From a virus (Duplodnaviria; Caudoviricetes): a DNA stretch of 55,852 nt. The position numbers and the translations under genes were made by a program. Below, one piece after another: positions 8,556-16,505 of the stretch (position 1 is its first letter; each line of letters begins with the position of its first letter). Location of the stretch: the IMG/VR virus record IMGVR_UViG_3300037127_000017, positions 1 through 55,852 of that record; one strand, 5' to 3'. The notes beneath the pieces are model-generated. The model did no database searches. It was given only the letters and a program-made list of their open reading frames with translations, and was not told the origin of the DNA.

Positions 8556-9846
8556 AATATATAAAAATGAAACATGTATGGAGGCATGTTTGAAAAGATA
8601 TGACTATATATTCCAAGAGTTTGACAACATATATTTAAGCGTTTCAGGTGGAAAAGATTCATCAGTTATGCTGCAATTAGCAGATATGAAGGCTAAAGAG
8701 AATAATAAGAAATATGACGTATTATTTATAGACTTGGAAGCACAATACCAGGCTACGATATCTCATATGGAAGAATTAATTTTAAAATGCACACAGATTA
8801 ATAAGATTTATTGGGTGTGTTTGCCACTATCTCTTAGAAATGCAGTTTCCATATTGCAACCAAAATGGACATGCTGGGATAAAAAAGAAAAAAATAAATG
8901 GGTTAGAGATATGCCAAAAAACAAACATGTAATAAATGAAAAAAAATTACAAAAATTAAATTGGGATTGGTTTGTATCAGGCATGGAATTTGAAGAATTT
9001 ATAATTGAATTTGCAAAATGGTATTCAGAAAAAAATGGACTAACCGCAACAGGTATCGGGATCAGGTCTGATGAAAGCCTTAACCGATTCACAACAATTA
9101 TAAGTGAAGTTAAGGAAAAATATAAAGATATAAAATGGACCACAAGAGTTAGAAAAAATGCAAAGCCATTAAATTGTTATAATTTTTTTCCATTGTATGA
9201 TTTTAGAACAGAAGATATTTGGGGATCAATTTTTAAATATGATTTTATATTTAACGAAATATATGAAATGATGTTTAAAAATGGTCTATCAATCCATGAA
9301 CAAAGGTTATGCCAGCCTTATGGAGATGACCAAAAAAATGGGCTTGATCAATTCAAAGCCCTAGAATATGAAACTTGGGAAAAGGTTTTAAATAGAGTAA
9401 ATGGAGTTAATTTTGGTAACATCTATGCAAGGTCAAGTTTATTAGGAAACTTAACAACTCAAAAGCCAGATAAAATGAGTTGGCAAGAATATACAATATT
9501 TTTGTTAGAAAGCATAAGATTGTATGCTCCAGAATTGGAACAACATTATTATGGCAAGATAAAAACTGCCATGAAATGGTGGGAAGAAAAAGAAGATACA
9601 TCACTACACGACATAAAAGATGCTGGAGATTTAAAATTAGAAAGTGAAAGAAAAATAGCAACATGGAGAAGGATAGCCAGAGCAATAGAAAGAAATGATT
9701 TTTGGATGAAAAGACTTAGTTTCGGAGCAACTAAATCAGATGTGGAGAAATTGAACAAATTGAAAGAAAAATATTCTAAACTTGTTGGAGATGGAAAAGT
9801 AGATAAGGACATGGAAAGATATCAGAAAGGGGAATTAATAGTATGA
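8548..9846 (+). CDS. PAPS-reductase-family / DUF3440 protein (IbrA/YbdN-like)
   Basis: SVSGGKDS PP-loop, FIDLEAQY, GIRSDESLNRF, PLYDF, QRLCQPYGDDQ, WRRIARAIERNDFW. Confidence 0.9.
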   Translation: MAKIYKNETCMEACLKRYDYIFQEFDNIYLSVSGGKDSSVMLQLADMKAKENNKKYDVLFIDLEAQYQATISHMEELILKCTQINKIYWVCLPLSLRNAVSILQPKWTCWDKKEKNKWVRDMPKNKHVINEKKLQKLNWDWFVSGMEFEEFIIEFAKWYSEKNGLTATGIGIRSDESLNRFTTIISEVKEKYKDIKWTTRVRKNAKPLNCYNFFPLYDFRTEDIWGSIFKYDFIFNEIYEMMFKNGLSIHEQRLCQPYGDDQKNGLDQFKALEYETWEKVLNRVNGVNFGNIYARSSLLGNLTTQKPDKMSWQEYTIFLLESIRLYAPELEQHYYGKIKTAMKWWEEKEDTSLHDIKDAGDLKLESERKIATWRRIARAIERNDFWMKRLSFGATKSDVEKLNKLKEKYSKLVGDGKVDKDMERYQKGELIV

Positions 9847-10370
9847 AAAAATTAACAATGCCATGTATGAAAACTGTGTTAATACCTGTCGAAAAAGTGT
9901 TCTCGAATGAGTATAATCCAAACAAGGTAGCAACACCAGAAATGAAATTATTAAAAAAATCAATAGAAGAAGACGGATTAACAATGCCTTGTGTAGTATA
10001 TCATGATAAAAAAGCAGATCAATATATTGTTGTCGATGGGTTTCATCGATACACAGTATTAAAAGATCATTTTAAAGCAAAAGAAATACCATGCTCTATT
10101 ATAGATAAAGATATATCAGACAGAATGGCTTCAACTATACGACACAACAGAGCAAGAGGAACACATCAAATTAAAGACATGAGTAAAATTGTATTAGAAT
10201 TAACTAAAGATGGATGGGATGAAGAAAAAATAAGTAAACATCTTGGTATGGATTTGGATGAAGTAATAAGGCTTAAGCAAATTACTGGCTTAAGAGAAGC
10301 ATTTAGTAATCATGAATTCTCAAAAAGCTGGGAAGAATATGAGAAAAAAAGAAAGGAGTTAATTTTATGA
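9843..10370 (+). CDS. ParB/Srx-like nuclease-domain protein (IbrB/YbdM-like)
   Basis: NEYNPNKVA, VVDGFHR, RMASTIRHNRARGTH. Confidence 0.9.
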   Translation: MKKLTMPCMKTVLIPVEKVFSNEYNPNKVATPEMKLLKKSIEEDGLTMPCVVYHDKKADQYIVVDGFHRYTVLKDHFKAKEIPCSIIDKDISDRMASTIRHNRARGTHQIKDMSKIVLELTKDGWDEEKISKHLGMDLDEVIRLKQITGLREAFSNHEFSKSWEEYEKKRKELIL

Positions 10371-10564
10371 CAAAAAAAGAATTATTTGAAGTTTTGGAGG
10401 AAGAGCATCGAAATCAAACAATATCACTTGATGAATTGCAATTGATAGAAAGCGAGGGCATGAGAATAGAATATAATGAAATAACAACAGATAATAAATA
10501 TTCATTTACTGTGAAATTAGGAGAGCAAGAATTTAATGTTTTTCTAGAAAAATGGTGGAGGTGA
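10367..10564 (+). CDS. Hypothetical protein
   Basis: ATGA-coupled ORF with AGGAG RBS. Confidence 0.65.
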   Translation: MTKKELFEVLEEEHRNQTISLDELQLIESEGMRIEYNEITTDNKYSFTVKLGEQEFNVFLEKWWR

Positions 10565-10568
10565 AAAG

Positions 10569-10775
10569 ATGAAGAAAAAGGTAGACGTATGGTTATATGA
10601 AAAGGAATATAAGATTTTAAGAGAATTATGTAATAAAGATAGACCAGAAGGGAAAGAAGGGAAAGAAGGGAAAATATCATACGGGACATTATTGGGGAGA
10701 TTGTTAATAGAAGAAAATGCAAGAAATGAACTGTTTAACACTAAAATGTTTGAAGACGAAGATATATTTTTCTAA
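10569..10775 (+). CDS. Hypothetical, possibly RHH-like protein
   Basis: GGAGGTG RBS; KKVDVWLYEKEYKILRELC. Confidence 0.55.
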   Translation: MKKKVDVWLYEKEYKILRELCNKDRPEGKEGKEGKISYGTLLGRLLIEENARNELFNTKMFEDEDIFF

Positions 10776-10785
10776 GGAGGATATA

Positions 10786-11058
10786 ATGAACTTAAATGAA
10801 AAGCATATGCAAATTTGCAAAGAAATGAACAAATTACACGAAGAAAAAAACAAAAGGTATAATAACTCTTTTAGCAAAACATATCAAAAATACGGCCTAA
10901 AATCGGCTTGTATTAGACTAGAGGATAAATTGCAAAGATTCATAAATTTGGCATTAAATGAAACGTTGGATAATGACAAACAAGAAAGTATTGAAGACAC
11001 ATTAATAGACATGGCTAATTATGCAGTCATGACTTTAATGGAAATAAGAAAAAAATAA
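10786..11058 (+). CDS. DUF1599 nucleotide-modification-associated domain protein
   Basis: KNKRYNNSF, IRLEDKLQR, ESIEDTLIDMANYAVM; AAGGAGG RBS before ATG 10786. Confidence 0.85.
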   Translation: MNLNEKHMQICKEMNKLHEEKNKRYNNSFSKTYQKYGLKSACIRLEDKLQRFINLALNETLDNDKQESIEDTLIDMANYAVMTLMEIRKK

Positions 11059-11073
11059 ATGGAGGAAATGCAG

Positions 11074-11175
11074 ATGGAAATATTAATGAAAATAATGTTA
11101 ATTAGCTCAATAATGATTTTGTCTACATTTATAGCATTTGTAATATCTTATATATTTATTCTGTATTTTTTATAA
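11074..11175 (+). CDS. Small hydrophobic peptide (33 aa)
   Basis: GGAGG RBS; single TM segment. Confidence 0.5.
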   Translation: MEILMKIMLISSIMILSTFIAFVISYIFILYFL

Positions 11176-11184
11176 ATTAAAGGA

Positions 11185-11628
11185 GTGGAAAAAGTGTATA
11201 CAGAATTAGAGTTTGAAAAAATAAAGCACAAAAAATATAAATACAAACTAAAAAGAAATTATTATTATATTCTGGAAAATAAATATATTAATATTGATAT
11301 AAAAACAGAATATATAGAAATAAGAAAAACACATAAAGATAACATAAGATATATGAAATTTTGTAAAGGCTATGCATGGGATGGTGGTAGCGGTCCTGCA
11401 ATTGACAACAATCCTATGCTGATAGCATCTTTACAGCATGATGGATTTTATCAACTAATCAGAGAAGGACCTTTAAATATTAAATTTAGGAAAATAGCCG
11501 ACATAATATTTAGGAAAAAATTAATTGAATATGGATCATGGAAAATACGAGCCTGGTGGTGTTATTTTGCAGTCAGGTTCTTTGGGAAAAGTAGCTGTAA
11601 AAGGAGGAATGAAAATGAAGAAGTTTGA
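11185..11628 (+). CDS. DUF1353-family protein
   Basis: KGYAWDGGS, ASLQHDGFY, RKIADIIF, YFAVRFFG. Confidence 0.8.
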   Translation: MEKVYTELEFEKIKHKKYKYKLKRNYYYILENKYINIDIKTEYIEIRKTHKDNIRYMKFCKGYAWDGGSGPAIDNNPMLIASLQHDGFYQLIREGPLNIKFRKIADIIFRKKLIEYGSWKIRAWWCYFAVRFFGKSSCKRRNENEEV

Positions 11629-11824
11629 CGTAGAGAATATTATAGACAGAAGAATAGTTAAGGCAATTATAGAATACAAAAGATATCATCTGTTAATAAA
11701 AATCAAGGGCACATTAGTTGTTTATATCAGATATCACAGCATAATCGACATGTCAGATAATGAGGAAGAACGAAAAATAATAATAATAACAAAAGATAGT
11801 AGTTTTTTTATAGAATACATTTAA
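11615..11824 (+). CDS. Hypothetical protein
   Basis: AAGGAGG RBS. Confidence 0.6.
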   Translation: MKKFDVENIIDRRIVKAIIEYKRYHLLIKIKGTLVVYIRYHSIIDMSDNEEERKIIIITKDSSFFIEYI

Positions 11825-11839
11825 TGGAGGAAAAAAACA

Positions 11840-12316
11840 ATGATGAGTCGCACACACTTAGCAATTGGAATATCAGGAGCTTTAATATATATGAAATTAA
11901 CTAATGATTACAATGTTAGAGAAATAATACCTGGAGCAATTTTAGGTTCTGTTATACCAGATTTGGATACTGCAAAAAGTTGGGCGGCTCAATCAATACC
12001 ATTTTTTGATGATAAATTAAGAGATTTTGGGATATTGAAACATCGTGGATTGACTCATGGAAATATAAAAGACATGAAAACAAAAAATAAAAGATTAAAT
12101 GCATGGTTTTTGTTTGTTGCAATGATTGCACTTATGATAGGTTTATACTTAGAAATATGCAATAATGACTTATTTTTAGGAATTATAATCGGTTATATAA
12201 GCCACATGATAGTTGATATGATAGCTTATTTGGCAAAAATAACATGTAAAACAGATAATATAATTTTTAGATTAACATGGATAATAAATATGGCAATATT
12301 TTTCTTAATTAAATGA
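11840..12316 (+). CDS. Membrane-bound metal-dependent hydrolase (YdjM-like)
   Basis: RTH, GSVIPDLD, HRGLTH, GYISHMIVD. Confidence 0.88.
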   Translation: MMSRTHLAIGISGALIYMKLTNDYNVREIIPGAILGSVIPDLDTAKSWAAQSIPFFDDKLRDFGILKHRGLTHGNIKDMKTKNKRLNAWFLFVAMIALMIGLYLEICNNDLFLGIIIGYISHMIVDMIAYLAKITCKTDNIIFRLTWIINMAIFFLIK

Positions 12317-12336
12317 AAGGATGAGGAGGGATAAGA

Positions 12337-12456
12337 ATGGATTTTATTATAATGACATTTGTTTTTGCTGGGGGTATATTTCTAATATTTCAATTAATTT
12401 TGAAATTAATAGATGTTTTTTTAAATAAAAGATTTGGGGGGGATAGAAATGTTTGA
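12337..12456 (+). CDS. Small TM peptide (39 aa)
   Basis: GAGGAGG RBS; MDFIIMTFVFAGGIFLIF... Confidence 0.55.
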   Translation: MDFIIMTFVFAGGIFLIFQLILKLIDVFLNKRFGGDRNV

Positions 12457-12742
12457 TGAAAGAGAAATACAAGTTAAAATGACTATTCGCGAATACAATT
12501 ATATGATTCATATATATGAATCATATAAAGAAGCGTTTGAAAAATGTACACATCTTTGGGACGGTGAGGGGTTAAGTCGTAATGAATATATAAAATTTGA
12601 TATTACAGAAAAGACAGAAGATAAATATATATTAAGGTTTTTAGCAAAAAAATGGATAAAAGATAATTGGAAAAAATTTTCAACAGACTTAAACTATCTA
12701 GAAAATGAAGATATAAATTTTATAATTGATTTGGAGGAGTAG
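12449..12742 (+). CDS. Hypothetical protein
   Basis: ORF in operon with G-rich RBS. Confidence 0.65.
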   Translation: MFDEREIQVKMTIREYNYMIHIYESYKEAFEKCTHLWDGEGLSRNEYIKFDITEKTEDKYILRFLAKKWIKDNWKKFSTDLNYLENEDINFIIDLEE

Positions 12743-12744
12743 AA

Positions 12745-13464
12745 ATGGGTTTAATAATACTGATACTTGTTTTTGCTGGTTGGCTATTCCTAGCATCTAA
12801 ACTAATTTTATCAATAATAAAAGAACCACTAATATATAGAGAAGAAATAAACAATTTGTATAAAGCATGGAAAATGAAAGATGAACAACGATATGAAGTG
12901 TGCGAAAATTGCAATGGTTTTAGCTTTTGCAATTGTAATGATGGAAGAATTAGCGCATTAGAATATATTCATAAACAAGTCTTCATTTTATATAATAAAA
13001 TGAAATGGAGATTTGAACATATTTCTTTTTTAATGTGTTTAATAAGCTGGGAAAAACGTTATATAAGAATATTGTTGAAAGAAGTAAAAAAAGTAAGTGA
13101 GGATTTGGAAAAACATATTAGAAAGATTATACAAGAGGGGGATAGTATAATGAGTGGATATAAAAGAGTACTAAATAAAGAAAAAAAGAAAAGAAAATTT
13201 GAGAATAGTTTCTTAAAAAAATTAAAGGAATTAGGATATCGACCCGTTTTTGATGGAGAAAAATACTGGAATATTACGGGGAATAATATATATGGTTTTT
13301 TTATGTTTTTTAGTGAGGAAGAAATAATAGAATATTTAAAATATTGGGGAACGGCGGAAGGTTATGAAAATGAGCTAAATGAAATTTATATGGAAAAACA
13401 CAGAAAATATTGGCGGGATGAACGAATGGATGATAATAAGACTATATACGGAGAAGGCGAATAA
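12745..13464 (+). CDS. Hypothetical protein with N-terminal TM and CxxCxG..CxC motif
   Basis: GGAGGAG RBS; CENCNGFSFCNCNDG. Confidence 0.65.
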   Translation: MGLIILILVFAGWLFLASKLILSIIKEPLIYREEINNLYKAWKMKDEQRYEVCENCNGFSFCNCNDGRISALEYIHKQVFILYNKMKWRFEHISFLMCLISWEKRYIRILLKEVKKVSEDLEKHIRKIIQEGDSIMSGYKRVLNKEKKKRKFENSFLKKLKELGYRPVFDGEKYWNITGNNIYGFFMFFSEEEIIEYLKYWGTAEGYENELNEIYMEKHRKYWRDERMDDNKTIYGEGE

Positions 13465-13487
13465 ATACAATATATGGGAGGATAGAA

Positions 13488-13721
13488 ATGAAAATTGATA
13501 AAGCATTAAGCCTTTATACAGAAAAGTTAAACAATTATGAAACTATTGATTTAAATTATTTTAAAAAAGAGATGGACCAAGAAGATTACAATGAATTCTT
13601 AGAGCTTATTTATTTTGTAAACCTTTTAAAATCTGAAAAAGAAACCAGGGATTTTAAGAAAGTTTTTGAAAAAATTAATAAATACAAAGAGGAGATTGAA
13701 AATGGCAAGCAAAATATTTAG
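13488..13721 (+). CDS. Hypothetical protein
   Basis: GGAGG RBS. Confidence 0.65.
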   Translation: MKIDKALSLYTEKLNNYETIDLNYFKKEMDQEDYNEFLELIYFVNLLKSEKETRDFKKVFEKINKYKEEIENGKQNI

Positions 13722-14391
13722 TGAAAGGATAAAAAAAATTAGGCTAGATAATGATCTGACAATGAATGAATTTGCAAAATTACTTAATGTGACAAAGAGT
13801 AGAATAAATATGTGGGAAAACAACGGTACAGTGCCTAGAGAAGATATTTTAATAAAATTATCTAACCGTTTTGATGTATCTATAGATTATCTTTTGGGTA
13901 ACGAAAAAACGGAAGGAAATGGCCCAGAAAACCAAAAACTTAAAGATATTCAGAATATAACATTAATGTGTGGGCTACCTCGTTCGGGGAAGTCCACATG
14001 GATTAAAAATAATCGCAATAATGAAATAGTATTGTCTGCTGATTCTCTAAGATGGCTAGTTTATAATAAAAGATTTTGGGAAGATGGTGAATCTTTATTA
14101 TGGTACATAGATACATTATTTCTAAAATATCTATTAAAACAAAAAGTCGACATAATTATAGATGAAATCAATACAACAAAAAAAAGAAGGAAAAGAATAA
14201 TAGATATAGCAAAGAAACATAATTATCAGATAAAGGTAATAGTATTTACCACTACAAAAGATGAATGTATAAAAAGAGCAAAACTTACAAATCAATTAGA
14301 TTTAATAGATGTTATAAACAGACATGATAAAATTTTTGAGATGCCAAGTGAATATGAAGGCATCGATTGCATAACTATATGGGAGGGATAA
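13702..14391 (+). CDS. XRE-type HTH fused to AAA_33 / polynucleotide-kinase-like P-loop domain
   Basis: RIKKIR...LTMNEFAKLLNVTKSRINMWENN...FDVSIDYLLG, then MCGLPRSGKSTW, LSADSLR, IIIDEIN. Confidence 0.85.
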   Translation: MASKIFSERIKKIRLDNDLTMNEFAKLLNVTKSRINMWENNGTVPREDILIKLSNRFDVSIDYLLGNEKTEGNGPENQKLKDIQNITLMCGLPRSGKSTWIKNNRNNEIVLSADSLRWLVYNKRFWEDGESLLWYIDTLFLKYLLKQKVDIIIDEINTTKKRRKRIIDIAKKHNYQIKVIVFTTTKDECIKRAKLTNQLDLIDVINRHDKIFEMPSEYEGIDCITIWEG

Positions 14392-14405
14392 GAAAGAGGT
14401 AAAAA

Positions 14406-14969
14406 ATGAATATTAAATATATAAGATCAAAAGGTACATGGAGAGATGTTGCAGATTCAGCAAATACAACAATAAATCGCGAGGCAGGAACAAAAGAACC
14501 TCCAAGTAAATGGAAAAGAAGAATTTTGTTATCTGAGCATTCACCTATAAGACAACTTTTATTTAAATTCAAATGGTATAATATAAAATCTTGGGTTTCT
14601 GTTCACTTTGTTAGGCATAAATTTGGTATAGAACACTGGGTAAGGACACAACGTAGTGATAGAACAAATTTAGATAGAGATACATTACCACAATCAAATG
14701 AAGTGGAACATGAATTTGAAGCAAATGCTCAGGCAATAATTAATATTTCAAGAAAAAGATTATGTATGAATGCATCAAAAGAAACACGTGAAGCTTGGAA
14801 AGCTGTTTTAGATAGTATAAAAGAAGAACAACCAGAATTATATAATGTTTGTGTACCAGAATGCATATATAGAGGTTGGTGTTATGAGTATAAATCTTGT
14901 AATTATCATAAAACAGTTGAGTATAAAAATAAATTATCAGATTACAGAAAAGATATAAATATGTATTGA
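14406..14969 (+). CDS. thyX: Short ThyX-like flavin-dependent thymidylate synthase
   Basis: EHSPIR, VSVHFVRH, TQRSDR, SRKRLC..AS.ETR, VPECIYRG. Confidence 0.75.
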   Translation: MNIKYIRSKGTWRDVADSANTTINREAGTKEPPSKWKRRILLSEHSPIRQLLFKFKWYNIKSWVSVHFVRHKFGIEHWVRTQRSDRTNLDRDTLPQSNEVEHEFEANAQAIINISRKRLCMNASKETREAWKAVLDSIKEEQPELYNVCVPECIYRGWCYEYKSCNYHKTVEYKNKLSDYRKDINMY

Positions 14970-15111
14970 CAATTACACAAAATACTTATATAATATTAAT
15001 TGTAACAAACACCTACGGCAATAGGTGTTTCATATAGCATTTTCTTAATGTTTAAATATTATAATTATTAATATTTCTAATATTATATTTATTTCTATTT
15101 TCAAGGTTTAA

Positions 15112-15141
15112 AAATAAAGTCCTTCCCGGGCTTTATTTTTA
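15112..15141. terminator. Bidirectional intrinsic terminator between convergent operons
   Basis: AAATAAAGTCC-TTCCC-GGGCTTTATTT flanked by A/T runs. Confidence 0.65.
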
Positions 15142-15147
15142 TTTAAT

Positions 15148-15909
15148 TCAATTCAAGAGTTCATAAAGTCTTTTCAAAACGATTGCAAATTCTTCCCATG
15201 TTATATTTTCTTTAGCTTCATGTTTCCCGAAAATAAGCTTTAAATCTTCTAACCATTTAATATGTTTGTTTGTTTCTTTATAATCTGTTGTTGTTGTATT
15301 TGTTTGTATATCGAAAAAATCTTCTAAAACTTCTTTTATTGTGTTGCAAAAGTCTGTTCTGTATTTTAAATCAAATGTTTTTTTCCTGTCCACGCTGTTT
15401 GTAAAATATCCACACTCAATCAATAACCCATTTGCAACAGGTTCACGTAAAATATAGAAGTTTGGCCATTTCACATTAGGTATAGCCCTTCCAACGCCAT
15501 TTCCAATAGGGGAGGGAATAAATCCACGTGATACTAATTCATCTCTAAGTTCTTGAGCTAATTTTTTTGTTAAACTATTTTTATTCCAATACCATATGGT
15601 AAAACCTTGTGTTTTTGAATATTTGCTAGCATCATGGTGTATAGACATATATAAATGTGGTTTTTTGAAATTTATTATATTTTTTCTTCTTGGCAATGAT
15701 AAATTATAATTTATGTCTGGTTCATTGATATATCCTGTTTTTATGTTTGGGTTTTCATCTAAAGAATTTTTTAGTGTATTTGCCATTAATTTATTTAATT
15801 CAAATTCTTCTATTATTGTACCATCTGAAAGTTTTAAGCCTTTTCCTCCAGTCTTTTTAAATGTGTTTGGTCCATGACCTAATCCAATCAAAATATCTAA
15901 TTCTTTCAT
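15148..15909 (-). CDS. Endolysin, N-acetylmuramoyl-L-alanine amidase (Amidase_3)
   Basis: GHG, E, SIHHDA, FYILR, LIECGYFTN. Confidence 0.9.
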   Translation of the reverse strand: MKELDILIGLGHGPNTFKKTGGKGLKLSDGTIIEEFELNKLMANTLKNSLDENPNIKTGYINEPDINYNLSLPRRKNIINFKKPHLYMSIHHDASKYSKTQGFTIWYWNKNSLTKKLAQELRDELVSRGFIPSPIGNGVGRAIPNVKWPNFYILREPVANGLLIECGYFTNSVDRKKTFDLKYRTDFCNTIKEVLEDFFDIQTNTTTTDYKETNKHIKWLEDLKLIFGKHEAKENITWEEFAIVLKRLYELLN

Positions 15910-16367
15910 GTTGTTTCCCCCTTATCATCTTTAAGCTTGCCATAAAAATTTAATAAAATTTTCGGGACTGGCAAACCAATTTCAATTAAATTTTGCAAAG
16001 TGCTAAATGCTTCATTTGCTATTAAATATAAGGCAACAATAATGCCTATAGTTCCATTAGTTTCTATATCAACACTAAGTTTATCTGTAGTAAGATTCAT
16101 GATGAAATCTGCTAGAAATCCCATCAAAATTAAAATAAAATACATTAATTTTTTTACTGCTCCTTTTATTGCCTTTTTGCTGTCAAAAAATAAATCATCG
16201 TTAACGAAAATTTTAACAATTCCTGTTATATAATCGATTAAAATTAATAAAGTAAGAATAATAAAAAGCTCATTCAGACAATGATAAATATAAGCGAAAA
16301 CACCAACTAAAGCGGCAATAAATGTTTTATGACCAACAGCAAAACTTAAATTGTTGATAATTCCCAT
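15906..16367 (-). CDS. Phage holin (holin_4 / toxin-secretion family)
   Basis: LIDYITG, SKKAIKGAVKK, IANEAFSTLQNL..IGLPVP. Confidence 0.9.
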   Translation of the reverse strand: MGIINNLSFAVGHKTFIAALVGVFAYIYHCLNELFIILTLLILIDYITGIVKIFVNDDLFFDSKKAIKGAVKKLMYFILILMGFLADFIMNLTTDKLSVDIETNGTIGIIVALYLIANEAFSTLQNLIEIGLPVPKILLNFYGKLKDDKGETT

Positions 16368-16468
16368 GTTATGTAAACCTCCTGAGATATTATATTATTG
16401 ACTTTTTTGAGCAAACATATATAATTATATTGTCCTTTCATATTATTTATGTTTGTGACTTTTCAAGA

Positions 16469-16495
16469 AGGGACGGTTTAGAGGTTCCGTCCCTA
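16469..16495. terminator. Hairpin / terminator after the tail-spike gene
   Basis: AGGGACGG...CCGTCCCT inverted repeat. Confidence 0.55.
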
Positions 16496-16505
16496 ATTAT
16501 TTAAT

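Noticed and set aside
9843-10370. ParABS partition system
   Set aside because: Both ParB-like domains (here and at 44346-45515) are in IbrB and MTase contexts; no ParA ATPase was seen
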